NCBI GenBank assembly: GCA_963746175.1
Contig: CAVVAH010000001.1
Location: 1,158,062 to 1,222,061 of the forward strand
Direction of reading: 5' to 3'
Source of the DNA: an uncultured Actinomycetota bacterium
Lineage (GTDB): Bacteria > Actinomycetota > Actinomycetes > JACCUZ01
Length of the DNA: 64,000 nt
The notes below the pieces were generated by a model. The model ran no database searches, had not been told where the DNA came from, and was given only the letters and a program-made list of their open reading frames with translations. Positions 1 through 7,676 of this stretch are shown piece by piece (the first letter of the stretch is position 1; each line of letters opens with the position of its first letter). The translations under genes and the position numbers were made by a program.

Positions 1-169
1 AGTCGAGGAAGGTCACGCCGCGCAGGTCGACGACCAGGCTGTCGACCCCACGGTTGAGCAGCCCCAGCAGGGAGTCGCGCAGCGCCGGAGCGGTCGCCGC
101 GTCGAGCTCGCCCGTGACGCCGACGACGGTGTGCGGTCCGGTCTGGTGCGGGTCGAGCAGACTGATCAT
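1..169 (-). CDS. STAS-domain anti-sigma factor antagonist (SpoIIAA-like). Only the N-terminal 56 aa fall inside the window; the gene continues past the window start.
   Basis: The reverse strand from the ATG at 169 translates to MISLLDPHQTGPHTVVGVTGELDAATAPALRDSLLGLLNRGVDSLVVDLRGVTFLD, a typical anti-anti-sigma STAS N-terminus. It is not in the ORF track because it is partial. Confidence 0.55.
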   Translation of the reverse strand, partial: MISLLDPHQTGPHTVVGVTGELDAATAPALRDSLLGLLNRGVDSLVVDLRGVTFLD

Positions 170-367
170 CCAAGCCCCCGAGGGTGGCTGAGCGCCGCTG
201 GCGCCAGGCTGCTTCGGCGCACCCCCGGGAGCGTAACCGCCCCGGCGCCGACGGGGAAGGTGTCGTGACGACGGATCCGGTAGACGCCGAGATCCTTTGC
301 CGTGCAACGGTATTCGGGCACGTGCTCGGGCAGCGCGCGGCAGCCGTACGACGGGCTCCGCAGCCGG

Positions 368-760
368 TCAGGCGCCGCGGCGCCGGCGGGCGGCCACCCG
401 CTCACCGAACGGGTCGTCGATGCTCTGGAACCCGGTGCCGATCTTGCCGCGCGGCCGCAGCTGGGAGCGGGACTGGGCATGACCCTCGTCGAGCCAGTCC
501 CCGAAGCTCTGCCCGGTGACCTCCTCCAGCAGCCGGACGTCGTCGGCGACCCGGGGCAGCAGCGCCTGCCGCTGCTCGGGCCGCAACGGAGCCCGCGGCT
601 TCTGCTCCCGCTGGAGGTGCCGGGACAGCCAGTCCGCGGTGGGGCGCCAGGCCGGCGCGAGGCCCCCGTGACCGACCCGGGAGCCCACCCGAAGCGCCAG
701 CGACAGGGCGCGGTTGCGTGGGTTGTCGGTCACCTGCGTGGTCACGTTCTCCGCGGGCAC
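368..760 (-). CDS. hypothetical protein (about 130 aa); GTG start at 760
   Basis: Six-frame ORF 368..760. Third-codon positions in this frame are >90% G/C over the sampled stretch, unlike the other frames. No recognisable family. The exact start is uncertain. Confidence 0.3.
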   Translation of the reverse strand: MPAENVTTQVTDNPRNRALSLALRVGSRVGHGGLAPAWRPTADWLSRHLQREQKPRAPLRPEQRQALLPRVADDVRLLEEVTGQSFGDWLDEGHAQSRSQLRPRGKIGTGFQSIDDPFGERVAARRRRGA

Positions 761-934
761 CTCGTCGACGAGCCCCGTCTCCAGCCCGAGGAAGCCGGCG
801 ATGACGTCGAGCGTCGCGACCGGCGCCTCGCCTCCCGCAGGTCGCGGTACCGCAGCAGGAGCACCTGCTCCCGGGTGACAAACACGTCAACCCGGCCGTC
901 CCGCGTGGTGGGCAGCCGGCGCTCGGCCCGTCCC

Positions 935-1351
935 TCAGTCCGCCGACCGCGCCTCGGCCTCGCGCACGTGCGCGCACAGGCCGAGCAGCAGCTCGTGCGC
1001 GAGCTTGGGGTGCTTCTCGAGCAACGGCTCGAAGTTCCAGGCGGCGAGGGACAAGGTGCGGACCGGTCCCTCGGGCCGGACGGTCGCCGACCGCGGCTTG
1101 CCGTCGATCATCGAGATCTCGCCGAAGTAGTCGCCCGGGCCGAGCGTGCGGCGGACCTGGCCGTGCTGCAGGACGGCCGCCGACCCCTCGAGGATCAGGT
1201 GGAAGCCGACCCCCTTCGCGCCCTCCTCGAGGATCTCCCCACCCGTGTGCTCGACCTCGCGGGTACGCCCGAGGATGTCCTTGAGCTCCCGGTCCTTGAG
1301 TCCCGCGAACAGCGGTACCGAGCGCAGCTGCTCGAGCCTGTCGTCCGACAT
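935..1351 (-). CDS. stand-alone cyclic-nucleotide-binding (cNMP/Crp-type) domain protein, 138 aa
   Basis: C-terminal part of ORF 935..1831 with ATG at 1351 (MSDDRLEQLRSVPLFAGL...). It has the LFAGL, GEILEEGAKG and GDYFGEISMIDG(K)PRSATV cNMP-binding signatures. The upstream part of the listed ORF is out-of-character read-through. Confidence 0.75.
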   Translation of the reverse strand: MSDDRLEQLRSVPLFAGLKDRELKDILGRTREVEHTGGEILEEGAKGVGFHLILEGSAAVLQHGQVRRTLGPGDYFGEISMIDGKPRSATVRPEGPVRTLSLAAWNFEPLLEKHPKLAHELLLGLCAHVREAEARSAD

Positions 1352-1501
1352 GTGGTGTCCCCTTGCTGACGTGTGCGGGCCCCGACCGATCGGGTGCTGA
1401 CGCTTCCATCCGGCCCGCCGGTGCGCAAGCGTTTCGGCGGGCCGCCGCAGCGCGTCGCCGGGAGGGGCGTGCCGAGCCGGCCACGGGGGAAGGCACGACG
1501 C

Positions 1502-1933
1502 GTGCTGCTCGCCGAAGACTCCTCGCCCACGGTCACCGCGGTCAAGGTCGTCCTGGCCACCGTGGTGCTCGGGCTGGCCGGCTACCAGGCCGTGCTGGCC
1601 GCGGTCGTCTACGGCCGGCTCAGGTCGCTCGGGCTCGCGCGGAGGGTGGCCGCCCGGGCCCACCGGCTGGTGGGGGCGACCACGACAGGCCTCATGGTCG
1701 CCGTCGGTGCCGTGTGCCTCTCGGCGTACGGCGTGGAGGACGCCCTGGCGGACGGCGGCAGCGCCGCGGTGCATGCCGTCGCCGGCAGCCTGCTGCTCGT
1801 CCTCACGGCCGTGAAGATCGTCGTCGTGCACCTCGGCCGTCGCGCCGGCCGGGCACTGCCGGCCCTGGGCGTCACCGTGCTCGGGCTGGTCGCGGTGACC
1901 TGGGCGACGTCGGCGCTGCCTGTCCTGACCTGA
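1502..1933 (+). CDS. hypothetical integral membrane protein (4 predicted TM helices)
   Basis: ORF 1373..1933. The Arg-rich N-terminal 43 codons are unlikely to be real, so the GTG at 1502 is preferred. The hydrophobic helices are VVLATVVLGLAGYQAVLAAVV, LMVAVGAVCLSAYG, LLLVLTAVKIVVV and LGVTVLGLVAVTWA. Confidence 0.4.
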   Translation: MLLAEDSSPTVTAVKVVLATVVLGLAGYQAVLAAVVYGRLRSLGLARRVAARAHRLVGATTTGLMVAVGAVCLSAYGVEDALADGGSAAVHAVAGSLLLVLTAVKIVVVHLGRRAGRALPALGVTVLGLVAVTWATSALPVLT

Positions 1934-1970
1934 TCAAGCCCGCCCCGATCCCGACGCACCGGAGGTCTCC

Positions 1971-2156
1971 GTGCCCGACGACCCGACACTCCCCCGCTAC
2001 GGCCTGCAGCTGATGCTCGCGCTGGTGGCCGCCGTGCTCGTGACCCTGGGCGCCATGGGCGCCGCCGTGGCAACGGTCGACACGTCGGCCCTCTGCTCCG
2101 ACGACTCCGGCGGGCACGGGGGCGACAGCTCCGGCCACGGCAGTGGCGGCGACTAG
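1971..2156 (+). CDS. small membrane protein (61 aa) with a C-terminal DDSGGHGGDSSGHGSGGD tail
   Basis: GTG start at 1971 preceded by GGAGG at 1961-1965. One TM helix (LMLALVAAVLVTLGAMGAAVA), then a Ser/Gly/His/Asp tail. Confidence 0.45.
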   Translation: MPDDPTLPRYGLQLMLALVAAVLVTLGAMGAAVATVDTSALCSDDSGGHGGDSSGHGSGGD

Positions 2157-2167
2157 GTCCGCGTGCC

Positions 2168-2932
2168 TCAGCGGCGGCTGGCGAGCTCCTCGGCCGACGT
2201 CCAGTCGGGCCGGCCCATGTCCGCCTGCTCGCCGGCGCTCGCCGGTGGCTGGTCGGCTGGTCCGGGCCGTACGCGCTGCGACAGCCGCCGGGTCCCGACC
2301 GCGCTGATGGCGACACCGGCGAGGAACGCGCCGGCCACCAGCAGCCACCAGGCCCCTCCGTTCGTGCCCGCCTCGCGTGGCACGTCGGCGGCCGCGGGGG
2401 TCGAGGCAGCTGGCGACGGGGCAGCGGCGGCCGGTTCCGGCTCCTGCTGCGGGTCGGCCGCCGCTCCGCCGGGGCCGGTGCCGACACCGAGCCGGTCGAG
2501 CAGAGCCACCAGCGCCTTCGGCTCGGCGGGCCGGTGCCAGGACACCGGGACCGTCAGGACGTCCGGCCCGAAGCTCACCTGCGTCCCGACCCAGGGGCCG
2601 CCGGGCGCTCCGACGTAGATCCGGTCGACCCGCCACACCATCACGTCGTGGATCAGCCAGGTCACGTTCACCTGGGACCCGCTCGCGTGGTCCTCCTCCG
2701 CGCGGCCGCCGGTCGCGCCGCCCGGGCTCCCGCCGTCGCCGAGCAGCCGGGTCAGCTCGTCGTACTCGGGGTCGTCGTAGTAGAGCGCGGCGGTGCCGCC
2801 CCCGCCGGGCGCCACCAGCAGGACGCTGGTCGGGCCGCCGGCCTGCGCCGGCCCGGCGGCGACCGACAGGGTGGCGAGGGTGGCGACAGCAAGTGTCACG
2901 AGTGCGGCACGGACGGGGCGAGCGGTGCGCAT
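2168..2932 (-). CDS. secreted, C-terminally membrane-anchored hypothetical protein
   Basis: ATG at 2932 (MRTARPVRAALVTLAVATLATLSVAAGPAQA, signal peptide). C-terminal TM helix AWWLLVAGAFLAGVAISAV, then a short cytoplasmic tail. It lies downstream of the anti-sigma gene on the same strand. Confidence 0.55.
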   Translation of the reverse strand: MRTARPVRAALVTLAVATLATLSVAAGPAQAGGPTSVLLVAPGGGGTAALYYDDPEYDELTRLLGDGGSPGGATGGRAEEDHASGSQVNVTWLIHDVMVWRVDRIYVGAPGGPWVGTQVSFGPDVLTVPVSWHRPAEPKALVALLDRLGVGTGPGGAAADPQQEPEPAAAAPSPAASTPAAADVPREAGTNGGAWWLLVAGAFLAGVAISAVGTRRLSQRVRPGPADQPPASAGEQADMGRPDWTSAEELASRR

Positions 2933-3002
2933 GTCGGCCTCCGGGCGGATCGGATCGACGGCGGGGCACGCCTGGTACACCGCTGCTGCGGCCGGAGTTC
3001 CG

Positions 3003-3788
3003 TCAGCGCGCCGACCCGGCGATCTCGCGAGCCCGCGACAGCGAGACGTCACCCTCCAGGCGCAGCGTGGTGCGCGCCCGGTGCTCCCAGATCAGGGTGT
3101 GGCCGGCCAGTCGCGCGGTGCCCGTGCGCGGGGTGCCGTCCCGGTCCAGCCACACCACCTCGTGCGGCGCGGCGAACCAGAGGGCGAAGTCGCCGCCGAC
3201 CTCGGTGAACTGCACCCCGGCGGCCGACTTCGCGAACGTGTAGTCCAGCCGACCGTCGAACTCGTCGAGCCGCAGCGCGCCGTCCGGGCCGGTCCAGGTC
3301 ATGGACAGCACGCGCCGGTCGTCCGAGACCTCCACGTCGTCCGGGTGCCCGAGCGCCCGGGGCACGACGGGCTCGAAGGCCACCAGCCGCCGTGCCTGTG
3401 CCAGGGTCGTCCCCCCGTCGGCCGGCGGCGGCGCGGGTGCCGTCGACGCGGCCGGGCCGGCGCCGCGGTGCACCAGCACACCGGCGAAGCCGAACCAGTC
3501 GGCCACGGCGGCACGCACCGGTGGCGCAGCGGCGAGCCCGACGAGAACGGCCAGACCGACGGCGGCCACCGCCCGGCGGCGACCGGCGAGGCGGTCGCGG
3601 AGCCCGCCGGTGGCGCGGGCCCGGCTCGGAGCTGCCCGGCCCGGAACCGGCATCAGCGCGACCTCGTCCCGGACCCGGGTCGCGAGGGCCGGTCCAGGCG
3701 CCGTCACGGGCACGGTCCGCCCCAGCGCCAGCAGGTCCTCCACCAGCGCGACGTACGGCGCCGGCGAGGATGCTCGGGTCTCAGGCAC
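3003..3788 (-). CDS. anti-sigma factor (single-pass membrane protein with a DUF4367-like extracytoplasmic domain)
   Basis: ORF 3003..3788, overlapping the sigma stop by 8 nt. It has an N-terminal cytoplasmic segment, a TM helix (AVAAVGLAVLVGLAAAPPV) and a C-terminal domain of the type paired with ECF sigmas. Confidence 0.7.
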   Translation of the reverse strand: MPETRASSPAPYVALVEDLLALGRTVPVTAPGPALATRVRDEVALMPVPGRAAPSRARATGGLRDRLAGRRRAVAAVGLAVLVGLAAAPPVRAAVADWFGFAGVLVHRGAGPAASTAPAPPPADGGTTLAQARRLVAFEPVVPRALGHPDDVEVSDDRRVLSMTWTGPDGALRLDEFDGRLDYTFAKSAAGVQFTEVGGDFALWFAAPHEVVWLDRDGTPRTGTARLAGHTLIWEHRARTTLRLEGDVSLSRAREIAGSAR

Positions 3789-4290
3789 GGCGCGCCTCCG
3801 TCCCGACGGGCGCCGCCCAGGGCTCGGCGGCCAGCCGGGCCAGCGCGCGGTGCAACCGGGACTTCACCGTGCCGCGCGGCCAGCCCAGCGCGGCCGCGGT
3901 CTCGGCCTCGTCGAGGTCCAGCAGGTAGCGGAAGGTCACGACCCGCCGCTGGTCGTCCGGCAGCCTGGACAGAGCACGAACCAGGTCGGCCGTGCGCTCG
4001 GCGGACAACGCGGCCGAGGCGGGGTCGTCGGTGGCCGCCGCGAGCAGCAACGGCTCCGCCAGCGCCCACGCGGAGCGCTCCCGAGCGCGCCGGCGACCGG
4101 CGGAACGGTGCAGGTTGCTGGTCTCGTTCGCGACGATGCGCAGCAGCCACGGGCGGAACGGGGCGCCGTCGCGGAACCGTCCGAGCGCGCCGTACGCCTT
4201 CACGAAAGCCTCCTGCACCACGTCCTCCGCGTCCGACCCGGCACCGAGAAGGGCCGCGGCCCGCACGGCCACGGGGGCGTGGCGACGCAC
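3781..4290 (-). CDS. ECF-type RNA polymerase sigma factor. Minimal coordinates are from the first canonical start (GTG 4290); the conserved N-terminal region continues upstream to 4431 with no ATG/GTG/TTG.
   Basis: Region 2 (DAEDVVQEAFVKAY...RPWLLRIVANE) and region 4 (DQRRVVTFRYLLDLDEAETAAALGWPRGTVKSRLHRALARL) motifs are present. Upstream in the same frame are 47 sense codons reading ...ISVEPEDSEVLARARGGDADAYAELV, which look like sigma region 1.2/2.1. They reach back to the TGA of the preceding kinase gene. Confidence 0.8.
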   Translation of the reverse strand: MRRHAPVAVRAAALLGAGSDAEDVVQEAFVKAYGALGRFRDGAPFRPWLLRIVANETSNLHRSAGRRRARERSAWALAEPLLLAAATDDPASAALSAERTADLVRALSRLPDDQRRVVTFRYLLDLDEAETAAALGWPRGTVKSRLHRALARLAAEPWAAPVGTEARRA

Positions 4291-4431
4291 CAGCTCGGCG
4301 TACGCGTCGGCATCGCCGCCGCGGGCGCGGGCCAGGACCTCGCTGTCCTCAGGCTCGACGCTGATGGGCTCCTCCGGGGGCTGCCCTACGTCTACACCGC
4401 GGACGACGGTGGCGTTCCCGGCTCCGGGAGA

Positions 4432-4854
4432 TCAGCCCGGCGCAGGGACCGGCTCCCCCGCCCGCACCGAGACGTCGGGTGCAGCCGCGGAGACGACGCA
4501 CCAGACCTCCTTGCCGCCGTCGGGGAGCCGGTCGACGCCCCACTCGGCGGCGAGCCGGTCGACCAGTGCGATACCGCGTCCGTCGGTGCGCTCGAGCCCG
4601 GCGTCGACCAGGGTGGGACCTCCCGGGCCGCGGTCGGCGACGGCGACACGTACACCGTCGGGGAGCAGTGCCAGCACCAGGGTGATCGTCCCCGCGCCGT
4701 GCCTGACCGCGTTGGCCACCAGCTCGCTCACGACGAGCTCGACGTCACCGACGACGTCGGCACCGCGGGAGCGGCACACGTCCCGGACCTGGCGACGCGC
4801 CGCAGCCGCCGCATCGGGACGTCGTCGCAGCGTGCGGACGACGGAGCTGGTCAC
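4432..4854 (-). CDS. HATPase_c anti-sigma regulatory factor / Ser-Thr protein kinase (RsbW-like), 140 aa
   Basis: ORF 4432..4854. Motifs ELVANAVRHG, DRGPGG and GRGIALVD match GHKL ATPase N-, G1- and G2-boxes typical of RsbW/SpoIIAB-type kinases. Confidence 0.75.
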   Translation of the reverse strand: MTSSVVRTLRRRPDAAAAARRQVRDVCRSRGADVVGDVELVVSELVANAVRHGAGTITLVLALLPDGVRVAVADRGPGGPTLVDAGLERTDGRGIALVDRLAAEWGVDRLPDGGKEVWCVVSAAAPDVSVRAGEPVPAPG

Positions 4855-4947
4855 GGATGCCTCACCTGGAGGAGCGAAGGGCGTCCACCGGGTCCGGGGC
4901 GAGACGAAGGTCAGCGGTCAGCGGCTCTGTGCCCGCTCCGGCGAAAA

Positions 4948-5694
4948 CTACTCCCCGCTTGGTCGACCGGGCACGCTGTCGAGGTCGAGGTCGCGGGCCA
5001 CGACCTGGCGGGCGACCTCGGAGAGCGGCAGCCCGTGGCTCCGGGCGAAGCCACGCAGCAGCTGGAAGGCGGCGTCGACGTGCACGCCGGCGCGCTCCGC
5101 GAGCACGCCCTTGGCCTGCTCGATGACGATGCGGCTGCTCAGCGCCTCCTGGAGCTGCCGGGCCAGCAGCTCGCGCCGGCTGCTGCCCCGTTCCTGGAGG
5201 ATGCCGATCGTCGCGACGTCGGCCAGGGCCTGCGCCAGCGACCGGTCCTCCTCGACCAACGCTCCCGGCTCGGCCCGGAACAGGTTCAGCGCGCCGATCG
5301 TCTCGCTCCGCAGCCTCAGCGGCAGTGCGACCACCGAGCGGAACCCCGCTGCCGTCGCCTCGGCCCCGAACCGCGGCCACGTCGGTGGCTGGTCGGCGGC
5401 CAGGTCGTCGACGACCACCGGCTCACCGCTGGCGTAGCAGTCGAGGCAGGGCCCCTCGTCGTTCTGCACCTCGAAGAGCTCGAGCAGCCGAACCTGCTCG
5501 GTCGAGCTCGCGGCGACGACCAGCCGTCCCGAGCCGTCGGCCAGCATCAGCCCGGCCTCGTCCACGTCGAGCAGGGCGATGCAGTGCGTCGCGAGCGAGT
5601 GCAGGAAGTCGAGGACGTCGAAGTCGTCGACGAGCGTGTCCGCCAGATCGACGAACGCTTCGGCGAGCCGCTCCTCGCGCAAGCCTCCCGACAT
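4948..5694 (-). CDS. GAF-ANTAR RNA-binding regulator, 248 aa
   Basis: C-terminal 248 codons of ORF 4948..6948 from the ATG at 5694, with a GGAGGA Shine-Dalgarno sequence upstream. A GAF domain (LALPLRLRSETIGALNLFR) precedes an ANTAR domain (LQEALSSRIVIEQAKGVLAERAGVHVDAAFQLLRGFARSHG). Confidence 0.8.
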   Translation of the reverse strand: MSGGLREERLAEAFVDLADTLVDDFDVLDFLHSLATHCIALLDVDEAGLMLADGSGRLVVAASSTEQVRLLELFEVQNDEGPCLDCYASGEPVVVDDLAADQPPTWPRFGAEATAAGFRSVVALPLRLRSETIGALNLFRAEPGALVEEDRSLAQALADVATIGILQERGSSRRELLARQLQEALSSRIVIEQAKGVLAERAGVHVDAAFQLLRGFARSHGLPLSEVARQVVARDLDLDSVPGRPSGE

Positions 5695-5723
5695 GCCACC
5701 ACGATAATCCTCCGCCACACCCT

Positions 5724-6431
5724 TCACACCTCCTCGCCGTCCAGCCTCGTCCGACGGGCCAGCACCTCGCGGGCGACCTCCTGCAGGGTGCGGCCCTCCT
5801 GGTAGGCGCGCCCGCGCAGCGCCGCGAAGGCCGCGGTCCCGTCCACTTCCAGCTGCACCATCACCATGCCGGTGGCCTGGTGCACGACGCTCGTCGCGGC
5901 CCAGCCCGGCTCGAGGATCTCGCGGACGGCCTCCGGGACGGCGTTCTGCAGCTGCAGCAGCACCTCGACGGCCGCCGTAGCGTAGTCCTCGGCCTCGGCG
6001 AGCTCGGCGTCCGTGAGGTCGCCGGGGTCGCGCCGGTAGAGGTCCATCGCGCCGAGCCTCAGCCGTCCGACCGTCAGCGGCAGGGCGAACGACGCCCGGA
6101 CGCCCAGCGTGGTGGCCTCGGGCACGAAGACGGGCCACCGGTCGGCGATTTCCGGGCCCGTGATGTCTGCGACGAGCACCGGCGCACCGGTGCTCACCGC
6201 GTCGACGCACGGACCCTGTCCGAGCAGCACCTGGAGGTCCTCGATCCGGCCGCTCACCACATCGGTCGCCGCCACCCGCGTGTGCCGCCCGGGGCCGGCC
6301 GTGACAGAGAGGCCTACGCCGTCGACCCGCAGGGAGCCGGCCGCCAGGGCGCACACGTGCGCGACGCGTGCGGTGCCCTCGGCTGCCAGCTCGGCCGAGC
6401 GGACGGTCTGGAGGACCCGCGTGCTCGACAT
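5724..6431 (-). CDS. GAF-ANTAR RNA-binding regulator (paralog), 235 aa
   Basis: ORF 5724..6458 with the start taken at ATG 6431 (MSSTRVLQTV...). It has the same GAF + ANTAR architecture (MVMVQLEVDGTAAFAALRGRAYQEGRTLQEVA). Confidence 0.75.
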   Translation of the reverse strand: MSSTRVLQTVRSAELAAEGTARVAHVCALAAGSLRVDGVGLSVTAGPGRHTRVAATDVVSGRIEDLQVLLGQGPCVDAVSTGAPVLVADITGPEIADRWPVFVPEATTLGVRASFALPLTVGRLRLGAMDLYRRDPGDLTDAELAEAEDYATAAVEVLLQLQNAVPEAVREILEPGWAATSVVHQATGMVMVQLEVDGTAAFAALRGRAYQEGRTLQEVAREVLARRTRLDGEEV

Positions 6432-6638
6432 CTGCGACCTCCGACCGGATAGACCCACCGGCTGATGGCGAGGTGCGCCGGAGCCGGCGCGACCGACCGC
6501 AGCACCCGCACCGTGCTGCGCGGGCCCGGCAACCTCTGCCGCTGGACCCGCTCGGCTGGTGCTCGCGGCCCGCCGGGGTCCGGGGCGTGCCCCCAGTCAA
6601 GCACCTTCGGCACACCCGCGCCGGAGCGCCGCGGCCCG

Positions 6639-7676
6639 TCAGCCGCCCGGGGCACGGACGGCGGGGGTGGGGGCGCGGACGGTCAGGCCGAACGCCGCCG
6701 CGAGCCCCGGCGCCGAGCGGGCCTGCTGCAGCCGCGGTACGCCCGCGACGTCCGAGAGGAAGCCCGAGAGGCTGACGTGCGTGAGCGCACCCGCCGCGAC
6801 GGTCCCGTGCAGCCCGGCCGCCGCGACCACCGTGAGCACGTGGTTCCCCGCGTGGCGGTCGTCCTCGTCGGCCGTCACGACCACCGCAAGGTGCCCCGAC
6901 CGGAAATCCGGGCCGTCGAGCACCTGCGGCAGCCAGGCATGCAGCCATCGGTCGGCCCGCCGCAGCGTGCAGCCGGGGTCATGGGCGTCGTTGCACGTGT
7001 CCGGCACCAGCAGGCCGACCGTCGGGAGCTGCCCGGTGCGGATGTCCGACACCAGCGGCCCGTGTCTCGCGGAGTCGACCCGGACGTCGAACCGTCGACA
7101 GGCAGTGTGCTCGCCGGGGAAGTAGGTCCAGGGGTTGTGCCGCACGGCGTACGTGTCCTGGTTGCTCAAGCCGCAGCGGGCCGGCATCTCGTCCAGATAG
7201 GCCTTGGCGCTGCGACCCGCCGACAACGCCTCGCCGAAGACGCTCGGCCCCGTGAGGGGATGCTGCGCCGGGCCCCGGTCGTCGCGGACGCCGAACGTCG
7301 ACCCACCGAGGATCGCGAGGTAGTTGGGCAGGGACGGGTGGCCCACCGCGGTGTAGTCGTCGGCATAGGCGTACTCGTGCGACAGGCGCCGCAGGTACGG
7401 CATCTGCCGTTCCATCTGCCGTTCGTTGTGGTTCTCGATCACGACGACGAGCGTCTTGGTGATGGTGGGCGACCCCGTGACGTGCGGCGCCGTGAACGAG
7501 TCCACGTCCCTCGGGCCGACCGTCACCTTCTCCTGCGGCTCGTCGCGGTCCGGCAGTGCGAGCCCGACCACGGTGCAGCCGGCGACGACGAGGACGACGA
7601 GCGCCAGCGCCAGCGCCAGAGCCAGCGCCAGTGCCGTCCGGGTCGAAGGCCGACCGGTCGGCAGCAACGCCCTCAC
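6639..7676 (-). CDS. phosphoesterase-family lipoprotein (acid phosphatase / phospholipase C family)
   Basis: C-terminal 345 codons of ORF 6639..9338 from the GTG at 7676. It has a lipoprotein signal with an (AL)n run and the lipobox VAGC. The domain carries ENHNER, SLPNYL and DTCNDAHD motifs typical of the PLC/AcpA phosphoesterase family. Confidence 0.65.
   Translation of the reverse strand: MRALLPTGRPSTRTALALALALALALVVLVVAGCTVVGLALPDRDEPQEKVTVGPRDVDSFTAPHVTGSPTITKTLVVVIENHNERQMERQMPYLRRLSHEYAYADDYTAVGHPSLPNYLAILGGSTFGVRDDRGPAQHPLTGPSVFGEALSAGRSAKAYLDEMPARCGLSNQDTYAVRHNPWTYFPGEHTACRRFDVRVDSARHGPLVSDIRTGQLPTVGLLVPDTCNDAHDPGCTLRRADRWLHAWLPQVLDGPDFRSGHLAVVVTADEDDRHAGNHVLTVVAAAGLHGTVAAGALTHVSLSGFLSDVAGVPRLQQARSAPGLAAAFGLTVRAPTPAVRAPGG

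Noticed and set aside
171-367. Possible gene ending at 166 with an ATGA overlap to the STAS gene start (ORF 166..480, minus strand)
   Set aside because: The encoded sequence is Arg/Pro/Gly-rich with no domain. Third-position GC in that frame over 171-367 is no higher than in the other frames. The ATGA overlap is probably coincidental; the better-supported coding frame upstream (368-760) ends at 368.
6432-6638. ANTAR-type dual-hairpin target in the leader of the second GAF-ANTAR gene (autoregulation)
   Set aside because: The hairpins present have 2- or 7-nt loops, not the two hexaloops with A1/G4 that ANTAR proteins recognise.
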